This document shows, in pieces, positions 9,001 through 16,807 of a stretch of DNA of 64,000 bases. Source of the DNA: Monocercomonoides exilis PA203 (Eukaryota > Protista > Preaxostyla). The DNA lies in the NCBI GenBank assembly GCA_001643675.2, contig LSRY02000004.1, forward strand, positions 310,001 to 374,000, in the 5' to 3' direction. Under the pieces are notes generated by a model, which saw nothing but the letters and a program-made list of their open reading frames with translations, had not been told where the DNA came from and made no database searches. The translations under genes were made by a program, and so were the position numbers. The first letter of the stretch is position 1. Each line of letters starts with the position of its first letter.

Positions 9001-11915
9001 AGGAAACAAGAATGCTCCCCAAGCTGTGAAGATGCTGAAAAACTCAGATTCGAAATGGAGGTTGCAATCTCAACTGTCACCATTCCTTCAGATAGGCTGC
9101 CAGTTGCGCTCGATACTTTAATTTCTCGCCCTCTTGTGGGACTTTTCACTTCCCATCCATAAACATTAAAGATCAGAGATTCTGTCCATTCAAAGTCTGC
9201 ATTCAGTGTGATAATTCTTTTGCTGCTGGGAAAGCGAAGTGCCGCTGCATATCCAATGCTTCCACATGGATAATTGGCTGTGCCACATCCTGAAAAATCT
9301 CTGTTTTTAGCTCCTCCAACAAGGGCTGTTCCTGAAAATGTCTGGAGATATGCCAGAAGAGGAACTGGGTTTGTCCTGCACTGCTCTTCAAACCCCATCA
9401 GATCATCATCAATCATCCCTGTTTGTGTGAACCCGAAAGTGCCCCTCGTTATTGTTGAGCTCAACGAAATCGCATCAACAAATATGTTGTTCCCCTTCCA
9501 GGCTTCGCATCCGTTGAACGTAGCATCTCGTATCGCAAAGCTCGACGAACTTCCTGTCACTTTTAGATGCATTCCTCCTCCTTTTCCTTTGTTTATGCTG
9601 TCCTGTGGCGCTGTGCATCCCTCCATTTCAATTCTTTTTGTGGAACCGATTGTCACTTTCCCACCAGCATCCAGGAAGCAATTGATAGATCCTCCATTCC
9701 CTTTGTTGCACATGCACCTTTCGAATCCCAGTTCATCCAAATTCAGTTCGTCTCCAGAAGTCAAAGTCACATCAAAAGCCGATCCACTTCCTTCATTTCT
9801 CGTGATGTTTCTGAAAGTGGTATTCTCAAAAGTGAAACAGGACAGTGTAGATGACTCAATCCGGAGAGCAGACACATCAGAAAACATCATGGATTCAACA
9901 GTTGTTTTTGACATGTTTAAGTGGCCAGCTGAAATGGATGCAAATGCTGTTGCAAATGGGGTAATTTGTGATGGTTCGGATGATATTTTGCACGAGAAGA
10001 GCACAAGCTTTCCAGAAGTCGAGGAAATCAAGAACAAAGGCAGAGAAGTGGATGCAGAAGAGTTCCTAATGATGAACAATCCTGTCAGGAAAGCATATCC
10101 AGACAATATTTGGAAAAGAGCATTGCCATTTGAAGAATCGGAACTCAACTTTGTTCCAAAATTGCTTGATCCTTCAAATAAAATATATTTTGAGTCAATC
10201 ATGAGTGATTGCTCCACATATGAACCTGCATTAATTGTAATATGAGCTGGAGAATTTTCGTTTGTTGAAGGAGTGTCATGAACAGAGTTGCCCACAGTTA
10301 AGCATGGCGAAGTCTTCCAGCCACATAACGCTTCGTCTCTTCCCAAAGTGTCAACAAAAATATCGTTTTTTCCAATCCATGTGCTTTTATCACCACCAAC
10401 TGCAAAGACGAGTCTATTTGCTTCAGAAAAGCTGCTTGACAAACAACATATGAATTGACTTTTATTCAACACATCTTGCCATGGTCTTTCAGCATAAATA
10501 TCTTTTCCGTCGCCATGAGCATTGCACCCAATAAACAAGCAATAAGAAAGCGAACTGTAATGAGTAAAAGAGACGTTTCGTGAATCAAAATAGATTGCCC
10601 CTCCAACCGTTGTATTAGCACAACAATTTTCAAATAAAACATTTGCATATGATATTTTTGCTCCTTCCCCATTCCAAATAGCTCCGCCTCCATTGCAATA
10701 AATATGGCTTTTTGTTACAAAACAATTCCAAAATGAACAATCTGAAAGAATGTCTGTATTTGAAAAACCATCATGAAAGTGACAACAACCTCCTCCCCAA
10801 ACTGCTTCACAAGATGTCATGTTATTATTTCTGACCGTTAAAGGACCTGTTCCTTCACAGAGATCCAAGCATGATGCGTAGCCAGTTGTTTTGATAAAAC
10901 TGAAAGTGTTGTTGATCGCTTGCGTTTCACGACTTCGCCTTTGATAAATGCAAGTTGCCCCTGTTGAATTTTGAAAGTCAGTATTTTTCACAATGCAAGA
11001 ACCCGAAGAATTGTGAGAAATACAAATTACAGAATAATTCTCATACAAGCAGTTGTCCACAAGTGTGCTCTCTGAGCCTGTGTGATTAATATTTTGGCCA
11101 GCAGTTTTGGAGCATCTCAAAAAAGTCGAATTCAAAAGATTTAGCGAGCCATCTGTCATTTTTGGAACAATGCAACCTTCTGTCGGGTTGATCACAGATG
11201 AAACAATGCAGGATGACAACGTGAATAGCGCGCAATATTTGTCAAATGTACCACTCTTGGGGTATTGCTGCGATATGTTCTGGAAGGTGCTGGATTGCAT
11301 TGAGATGCAGTGAAAATTTGATGATTGGACAAGCGGCTTTGAATCGCACAATAAAAAAGAAGAAAATTCCGAGCCCCTGATTTCAAATCTGCTTTGACAA
11401 CCTTGAAGTGCGTCTGCCCTGCGAACGGAAACCAACGATGGAAAAAGGTGATTCGATCGAGTCGGAACCAAAGACAAATTGAATAAACAAATGGAACTGT
11501 CGCATGAATGAATAAAAGCATTGGGAAATTGTTTTGGAGAAGAAAACAGACAGCTTCCTGCAAAAAATGTTGATTGGCCAAATAATGACGCAATTGCATT
11601 TCCATTCACCGAATTGAATCGAATTTTCAAGCAACTTATGGAAGAATTACAAGATGCAATCGATGAAACAACAAAAGTTTGGTAAAACACTTCTTTCATA
11701 TTTATTTCAGTTGGGAAAGCCATCATTCTTCTTTCAGCGCTTTCATCAGGACTTTTTTGACTTTCTTTAAAAAAACTCGAACATCCAACGCATAAGCAAA
11801 ACGATGAATTTTTTTTGTGACTGCTAAATATTTTTATGTTTTGCACGTTTTCACTTGTTTCACATCGAATGATTGCAATAAGGAAACATGAAATAAATAA
11901 TAACTTTGATTTCAT
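3..11915 (-). CDS. Giant single-exon receptor-like protein (>3970 aa, 3'-partial): signal peptide, repeated Cys/GG-rich extracellular modules, TM helix, TKL-like pseudokinase
   Basis: Segments I translated at both ends and at eight internal sites all read open. No minus-strand ORF in this frame is listed in the track, as expected if the frame is open to the window edge. ATG 11915 (alternative 11924, upstream stop 11925-27) gives MKSKLLFISCFLIAIIRC. TM VIIIVLVIILLIVLIISVIFIV-RWRKQKRR at ~1240-1315. Kinase C-lobe motifs CLRWMAPELL, AFSIGMMLWECLTLQIPF and CLSAKASCRPTL at ~145-400. Confidence 0.9.
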   Translation of the reverse strand, partial: MKSKLLFISCFLIAIIRCETSENVQNIKIFSSHKKNSSFCLCVGCSSFFKESQKSPDESAERRMMAFPTEINMKEVFYQTFVVSSIASCNSSISCLKIRFNSVNGNAIASLFGQSTFFAGSCLFSSPKQFPNAFIHSCDSSICLFNLSLVPTRSNHLFPSLVSVRRADALQGCQSRFEIRGSEFSSFLLCDSKPLVQSSNFHCISMQSSTFQNISQQYPKSGTFDKYCALFTLSSCIVSSVINPTEGCIVPKMTDGSLNLLNSTFLRCSKTAGQNINHTGSESTLVDNCLYENYSVICISHNSSGSCIVKNTDFQNSTGATCIYQRRSRETQAINNTFSFIKTTGYASCLDLCEGTGPLTVRNNNMTSCEAVWGGGCCHFHDGFSNTDILSDCSFWNCFVTKSHIYCNGGGAIWNGEGAKISYANVLFENCCANTTVGGAIYFDSRNVSFTHYSSLSYCLFIGCNAHGDGKDIYAERPWQDVLNKSQFICCLSSSFSEANRLVFAVGGDKSTWIGKNDIFVDTLGRDEALCGWKTSPCLTVGNSVHDTPSTNENSPAHITINAGSYVEQSLMIDSKYILFEGSSNFGTKLSSDSSNGNALFQILSGYAFLTGLFIIRNSSASTSLPLFLISSTSGKLVLFSCKISSEPSQITPFATAFASISAGHLNMSKTTVESMMFSDVSALRIESSTLSCFTFENTTFRNITRNEGSGSAFDVTLTSGDELNLDELGFERCMCNKGNGGSINCFLDAGGKVTIGSTKRIEMEGCTAPQDSINKGKGGGMHLKVTGSSSSFAIRDATFNGCEAWKGNNIFVDAISLSSTITRGTFGFTQTGMIDDDLMGFEEQCRTNPVPLLAYLQTFSGTALVGGAKNRDFSGCGTANYPCGSIGYAAALRFPSSKRIITLNADFEWTESLIFNVYGWEVKSPTRGREIKVSSATGSLSEGMVTVEIATSISNLSFSASSQLGEHSCFLLCQSEELTMADCSLKCSSSGNVAFGFGFVKINDGSLFLNRFSTTSQISFGSASLISLNGAGMINCAGCNMSSIKRMNGNGGSISIAKNNVLNNNRNREIVIDGCGFSDCCVYGDGGEGGGMSAWLGENDILIVNGSTCFEGCCAPSEEGCGGKGGGICIRCGYVSSSFEIRNEVVFSKETKNKAEYGKDVFVGCESGILLSQMINSSSLGFFDSKSLPTDALLLSGSENGSAYPVIPLHVYLCILQSEIITDSDNGADHTHCGFPSFACLSIDYCIENRISYPLNTIKVLSRSIIQQEVVIWTKSATIYSEALVPISVRDTDRATKDGLVMCSSPLSLSNLSLNVQRPFAAARKAFLLSSSSLSIANCCVEFSSENTNDPVSFGVIFVESGNLLISGLKIEQATTFTTSPIFADNYNSIKIENSSLTGMRRINGDGGCLYINEANGDEKSITIQSCNFTGSCDEGNGIRGGGVMGKVGSGNVLSVKSTSFENCMVPSEDRESVGNGLGGAMYLFLHESIRSLAFDNISFSGCNAWKGKQLFVDGEDLRQIIGNWLQCFKTETILAEDMMGFERSTTNKEFHIPLVLYFREFGEPCFIGGAEENSFDYTGCGFLDYPCGTLQYGGLVRFGDSKASLRLTGRFCFANTIVLSSQEMDIEAETNGTLINVISDGTGEGEGLIETSSAISFSGIAFNVSTTFAAAERKCLLLCSSSALSLVDCSVNAQSKKIDFGYVIVRGGSLHILRGVLNEIELLGAPVVELSGTSSRCTLEDVEWNNLKTGSVEGLIAVKSSSHVEMKNSKISGPTQFGNHGVLFVEELSSATVEKSNFSLLTRNEGNGVVVTGRVGAGKSLSVNSCSFTSLSCLASGSKGGSIITTVSANGELLFNNNTVEESKVRKADGLGGGLHMEFLSSEVGYSMKNNKFLSNDAMLGYDVYLVCPTPRMTIDRNKWAGSATEEQEEETMWVIDPSFPEGSDTLLKYLFPRADEIIYVNTLNGHTDGCGADDYPCEELWYASRKMTEEKRILRILSSCELSGEIERENEPTTIEGKGEDGSRVIVGKEGHLKMAVGTTLTTLTISKIGFELPETSDFAELVEVSVGKTYFVECSFGNADPETLAETNMRIITGKGGKISLDRVVIKNMEYKADCGIFLSGEVGCTFDSAEVSNIRSSGKGMVVGEGGTELFLNKLKSTNCSFENGGFAVLKKVKTLNWKNGTSMKGCRNEGENGGCGLISVEGESDVKMNGTSISSCSTNANYGRGGGLYLDISENPLLSIKLTEITFADNCAFEGKDIFVLSTDVNASVVRQRFAFQLQNERNESTVDLKGTDNVLLKGSVTDLLLFLIQRKEDMILVSRGGMDILGCGSAEFACLSFWRGYENIDLEATNRVIRIDTEANIRNHYNLSLFKVVSSKVDERCEMLFENSMEASEEKKSIIQNSKELKFELIQFSLPSSFSNNENILLLSESADSCLSLNRCTFKSNSASNLEFCLIHSEGGNVQLLNCDFSSLSFSSTPVQLTSSCEISECNFSSISAKPSQKGGAVYVELVGEATFSMSQTETDDCCCSEECGRGGFIFVECQGASTDNPFVFGEGISFAGHKAQAGKNIFISAGDLNKSVTLSTFCFDFTKRREDKLLFCGRDLVWKDTGLLRFLETYTSQTIFVSSGGYDIMRCGSEEDPCKGMWKGMKQIDESAPQKWIKISDETIVQDSFVLSNFIIEHDETEEQSQGKLIFANKTESGTDPAISSEGVLQLNRISVVLSEGFWNERQYSFVGKCGVIGISDCSFAAETRGDAPAKVGLLLMESGVLNVSKLSVGNVMSEMGVFAISNGCDCAMQHLAASGCTFSGVSFVKIVSRSYQKENAADCSVAIKNSTFQLITRNGNGPAIISSSGCASVISISGCTFDSCKAVGSEKGGGIFEELHSEGALSMSKSSVIQCGCSNDNGKGGGIYIYANFEGALSFLFEKMAFKGNSAKVGNDIFVECVDIESQINETQFYFDLRDTAYTRLNAIYGIDSTNHKSDTNLMDFITIHQADTIILSSAPSKNGKNDRQCGTLKLPCLTIGYALSHLTNDVESRLLVDDESFVEKEMDLEDLSIASRKEDPSKLTIFRDIAHTRSSVISTSGSVSVSKIEFFFESDFSSAHHILLTAESGSLSLFACSFAQSQEERSAQMIELTLISIENGQVTASQIKICHMHFSAEASIRIAHLSGCVLLSEMKVEDTVLNKGAFILIEGEQPFSEQQKSGGERSVELKDASFDNVSSAQQEEGIIACSLFKGGICLANCTFSNASSKSEAGSVMSFCDCNNVTLHWNVLRGDLDHSEKNESNKEEHICKWASSVVSFVNSTSSMKDTTIENFSKGGMSVFGGSMMIEDGKFINNNPKIENYQSVRRNIVCAGSGLLKVASVKGGDGVKEGSSLWVLNEGCKLGGIAEERESAFFIPELESVEAEEDGSVTRLKFVGLLLVPCNLSFRVVKRVGSEALVERYSFEEGGFVSEAEVLGAVPSKTIYEAGEETEVSVCILFGNAEAPSSTKAFVLKNGSDPKANGDGKAVESGKGYGSSSTVIIIVLVIILLIVLIISVIFIVRWRKQKRRTKELEVIVEDTVRKDPKAFEMVTMEMSPEEQWRRAEREAEKKNEERMKKRVYDTNMEHSESSEHLLSESGSTEYILGKDSDKIPEWMLEKEENEETRKRTPSPSISSTSTTSTTDSDSTFVRGEDLCPTTSSMSNLVDAMACSSPHEKLIVDLRDSLFMLLHGRNKTKEMPIGSLEEREVTAAQILFWVANLALHSFDEMENKLQSLANLSPHIVLFSEHMVICIVMHSDLLSSGDSSDSSSISSSTVVTSASDDSEDSLPSSAFEDENDFKKECLRWMAPELLSGAKKQATKKTVAFSIGMMLWECLTLQIPFGEYEAVIAGDKIIKGERPNASSVSMSTHFESIKACLSAKASCRPTLVELKRSFIQYFSKGTVFVTVSDAIDFEDEETDEKEVSASIIYISEKL

Positions 11916-12658
11916 AAATATCATTCAGATTTAAATATGGGCCAAAAAACAATGGATAACAATATCAAAAATAAATAACATTTATTTTGACTTTTAATGT
12001 GTTCATATTCACCGAAAAGAATAACAAAAAATGACATAAAAATAACAGACATTCCAATAAGAAAAGTGTGAAGATCAATTTCTTTAATATATAGAAAATT
12101 AATACTTTTTTCAATAAGCGAAAAATTGTGGTAGCAATTGCTCATTGAATTATTGATCAAGCATTATTCCAATTGTTTTCAGAATCGTTTCGAAAGTTCT
12201 ATATGCATAAATTGGTGTTCAAAAAAATGAATTCTTGGAAAATGTTGTTCATCAATTTGAAAACACTTTCGCAAACGATTTAATAACGAAAAAGTTTTAT
12301 TTTTAATTGCAAAATTATTTTCACACTGTAATTGCGTTGAAACTGAACACTTCGAGAAGTTCGTTTTTTGAAAAAGATTTCTATAGAAATGATTGATTTT
12401 TTGTTGGACTTCATAATTTTGACAAATTAAAAAAGGATAATGAACAATTGCAAAAATAAAAAATAAACTTTACCTCATTAAATAATAATAATAAATTAAA
12501 AGTTGAAGAACAACTGAAGATAATTATGCTGAAAATGACTTTTAGAAAACGATAATCAGGAACTTTCAACTGAAAACAAACAAAAATAGAAGAAAAAGAA
12601 GAAGAAGAAGAAGAAGTTAAAGAATGAGGAATGAGATAATTGCCAATAAGTGGACAGA

Positions 12659-15600
12659 TTAGCGAGCCCAGTCAATCCTGCCTCGACGAGGCAGTTTAAC
12701 TGCAGTGGGAGATTCAATTTGATATACAGAAACAATCTCTGCTTTAGCATTTGCCGATCGGAAGTACACCTGAAAATCATTAACGATTCAAATTCAATAA
12801 AACATCAATAAATACATTGGTTGTTTTATTAATTTTCGATTAATAAAAAATTATTATGTTTCAATTCATTTGTACACATCAAAATACTTAAAAGAAATGC
12901 ATACCGCAAACTGGACACCAAGTGGGACGTTGCTGATAGACAGAGGCTGCTGCTCGCCATCCACAAAGAAATGAAGTGTCGGTGGGTCGTTTTCGAAGTT
13001 GAGCTCAGCCGTTACAACTTGAAGGTCATTGAAACGTGAATTCATCGCTATCTCCTTTTTGTTCTGTGCAATTTTCCCTCTGGTTTGTGAATGTTCGCGC
13101 AACAGGAAAGAACATCGATAAATTCACAATTATTTGTTTGAAGAGCAAAAAGAAGAATAAATACATCAAATTAGTTTTTGAATATCAAATATAAAATAAT
13201 AATAATAATAATAAAAGAAAATAAATAAAAAACGCCAATCTTTCGCAATCACTTCACTCATTCCCCATACGTTCTTCCGTGATATCCAACGCTTCCAGGG
13301 TCGCCAAGCCAGAATTGTGCGATCCGCGGGGCAGTTGCGTCCACAAAGCCGACAGCACGGGACGTCCCAGAGTTGTGGAAGCGGACTGAAATCTGCCATA
13401 TTCCTGAGTTGAACTCCATTTCATAGCACACACACGTCATCTCCCCCGTCACTGCCGTCACCGTCGCCCCAAACACTGTCGCTGCAGGAATCAGCGCCGG
13501 CAGCTGCTTTCCTCCGCTTTTCTCTCCGCCTTCTCTGCGCCTGCCGGACCCATCGCTGCTGGAGCCCAGCCCGCCATCGTCTTTCGATTCAGACTTCTTC
13601 TCCTTCTCTTCCATCCCATCAGCACTGATCAGAACAAGATCATCGTCATCACCCATATTCTTTGAAGCAACTGCCAGTGCGTTGTCATCGTCTGCAACAG
13701 CTGCAGCTGGCAGGTTCGGAACAACTGGGCGGAACTCAGTCAGAATGTCGTATTGTTTGATAACTTTGAAAAAAAAGAAAGAGCATTTATTCATCAAACG
13801 ATTCAGAATGAGAAATAAAAGAAATATTCCAAAAGCAATAACAAAATATTAATAGTAATAATAATAGTAATAATAATGTCAATTAAGAACAATACTTTTC
13901 AGTCCCAGTCTTCCTCCAACAGAAGGCGGTGGAGTAGGTCTCACAGCAGACCTTGTTCTTGGTGCCTCTGGGGAAGGTCTTGATGCCTCGTCGTCTCCAA
14001 TCGCACTCTGAATCTTGGCAGTGATAGCGCCTTCGCTTGAGTCAACTGTGCGAGAGAAGCTGCCCGTTGGCGAAGAGGCGAAGGAGTACAAAGGCGAGGC
14101 CGTGCCAGTCATCACGAGTGTCGGTGCGAGGTGAGAAGACGCCAGTTCAGACGACGGGACAGACGAGGACGTGGCCGGCTGGGCAGACGAGAGCACAAAC
14201 GCGTTGTGGTCGCCGTCGCTGCCGTCGTCTTTGCCGGCGGGGCGCGACACACTCTGCGAAGACGCACTTGGAGCGGGGGAGCTCACAGACGTCACAGGAG
14301 ACGCTGCTGGCTGGGGTAGAGGAGGAGGGTTGAACATGTGTGTGTTGGGATCGTAGTTCTTAAGGCAATAGACTGCATCGCCCAGACGCTGAAGGCTTCG
14401 GACAATCAGCGGATGATGCAGGACTTCTTCTGAGGTTGGACGAGTTTTTGGATCCTAAAGGAATCAAAGGGAGAAATATAAGCAATACAGATTAAATGTT
14501 GAGAGGATGCACATTGAAAATGAAGGATGTTATTGGAATTTGATAGCATTAACATCAAAAGAAAGCGAGCAAATTTAATTTGAAAGTATTTCACATTGAA
14601 ACAAAAGAATTGAACATTATATGTTAAAAATTAGAACAACAATCATTTTGAAGTTAAGCTAATTTGACAAACCCTTCGGAGCATAGCAACGACGAGGTCC
14701 CAAAATTGCTGTGAAACATTTGCTGGCTTTGGAGGATCTGGCAATTTGAGCACTTGGTTTGGCACAGCACGCCCGTCGCGTGATCCAAACGGCCATGTCA
14801 AAGTCACAAGCTCGTGAGCTATCACACCCAACGCAAACACATCTGCCTTCATTCCATACCTGCAAATGAGTGAAATGACATGAGCGAATTTAAAAGTTTA
14901 AATAGAAAAAAGAATGCATTTTTAATTTTCAATCGATTGAAACGCGATTCAGATAAATTTTATGCAAACTCTTCCCGTTTAAATAATTCTGGGCTCATAT
15001 ACAAGCTTAAAGAATATGTTGTCAAAAATGTTAATAATTCTTAAATGAACAAAAAGCGTTTCAAACCTTGTTCCAACATATGTTTTTGCAGCTGAATCAG
15101 CTGAATCCAACTGTTTTGCTGTTCCAAAATCGGCTAAATTTGTTAAAAAGGAATTGAAACATGTTTGAGTCGAAGATGAACGATCATTTGAGCATACTAA
15201 TTTTTAAATATCCTTCGCTGTGAATGAGTACATTTTCTGGTTTCAAATCTCGATGAATTATGTTTAAGCGATGTAAATCTGCTGTTCCATGAACTAACTG
15301 ACATAAAAATGTTAGTGCTTGCTATAAAAAAGATTGATTGTATGAAGTTACTGGAATTAATGAGATAAATATCATTTCAAACTTCTTCAGTGAATGGCTC
15401 TCTACGATCTTTGCGGTGATTAATTTTCTCTCGAAGAGAACCGTGACCACAATAATCTATCACCATGTAAAACATTTTTGCCGTGAAAAATGAATCATGG
15501 AGTCGAATTAGAAAAGGAGAATGAAATTTTGGTGAATATGTGCTAAGAGTTGTAAATTCAGCAAATTGATCCTTTCTCATTCTCCCTCCATCTAGCTCTG

Positions 15601-15791
15601 TTTTTTTCCAAGCAAATACTTGTTTATCATTTTTTCTAACAACTCTGAGAACTTCACCAAACGATCCTTTTCCGAGATACTTATCCTCTTTATCTATCAA
15701 ATTGATTATCACAATGTTTTAAGTGCACAAAAATAAAAGTCTGTTCTACAAAATAGAAAAATGGATCAATACATTCTTTCACTCCTGCCAT
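12659..15791 (-). CDS. NEK-like Ser/Thr protein kinase with Ser/Pro-rich linker and C-terminal SPRY/B30.2-like beta domain (multi-exon)
   Basis: Spliced MAGVKEY-KEDKYLGKGSFGEV, FAWKK, IIHRDLKPEN, DFGTAK, GTSLYMSPE, KADVFALG, DPKTRPT. The C-terminal exons GIWQISVRF...LHFFVDGEQQP...VQFA|VYF end at TAA 12659-61. The introns checked are GT-AG. Confidence 0.85.
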
Positions 15792-15998
15792 CTCTCAAAA
15801 GGATAGAAAAAATAAGTGAATATAAGTACGGTTTCTTCGATCAACACAAAATTTCGATAATGCAATTCAAATAAATTATCAATAATAATTTACATTTACT
15901 CAAAAAGCTCCGTCTTTCCTGACGAATTAAAAAAGGTATCATCTTTAAAATTATTATTTGTAAATAAGTAATAAACATTAATATAAACGGTCGTAGTT

Positions 15999-16688
15999 TC
16001 AAGATGGGAAAGAATTTTCTCCAAAGCCGCCAGGGGTGCGTGCAGGAACTTCTCTAGGAACTGGTTCAACAGAGTGAGGACTTGAAAAAGATGGAAAAGA
16101 TAATGTTCTTCCTCCACTTCCCATTGTCCCTTGCGAATTTGTTGAACGTGGGGCTGGACGAAATGTTGGAGGAGGTTTAGAAGATTTTGAACTAGATTTA
16201 TCACGTTTTGTAAGCGAAGCATCAATTGCCCTTTTTGCTTGATTTGCAGCTGTAACTGTATTAATTTGATAGTCATCGTTATAAATACAAAAATTATCTT
16301 CGGGGAGAATAATGCTTTCTGAGTCTGGACATTGTGGAAGTAACTGCGAATTAACTGTTTCTGCTAATGAAGCTAATTCATCAAAAGAATCTTGAGCTCT
16401 GAACAAGGGTTTCTTATTAAAATGAAGAGCAAAGTCGATATCATTCGCATTAATTCCTTCTTTTACGCTTTCTCCTTTTAAATGATAGCACGTTTCCAAA
16501 GTAGTCCTGCAAAATCCTTCGGAAAAGAAATAAGATTAACTTTCTCCATAAATTTAAACGGAAAGCATACTATTTACAAATTCCGCGCAATAACCATATA
16601 CCCCTTCATCAATTTGGCTAACTCCACAATCTGATAATAAATTATCAAACTGTGAAGCCGTTGAAGAGAATTCTTTCTCTTCTGACAT
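15999..16688 (-). CDS. TAF9: TFIID subunit 9 (histone-fold TAF9), 2 exons
   Basis: Spliced LLSDCGVSQIDEGVYGYCAEFVNRFCRTTLE...INANDIDFAL...ELASLAETVNSQLLP...ILPEDNFCIYNDDYQI follows the TAF9 pattern (ILKDMGI...LEFAFRY...VDADDVRLAI...LLDIARQRNQTPLP...RLPPDRYCLTAPNYRL). GT-AG intron ~16518-16571. Confidence 0.8.
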
Positions 16689-16807
16689 ATTTCGGTTGAG
16701 GGTTGATCAACACAAATTAATACTTAGTAAGGTTCGATTATCTAATTATTTTCAATTAATTTTGTTTGCTTTAGTTCCGGCTTTAAGAAACACAGACCAA
16801 CCTTCGA
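16689..16807. promoter_or_regulatory. Putative bidirectional promoter between TAF9 and the sirtuin
   Basis: Divergent ATGs at 16688 (-) and 16808 (+), with 119 bp between them. Confidence 0.55.

Noticed and set aside
22-11313. Numerous plus-strand ORFs up to 383 aa
   Set aside because: They are antisense shadows of the giant minus-strand ORF: S/P/F-rich and without motifs.
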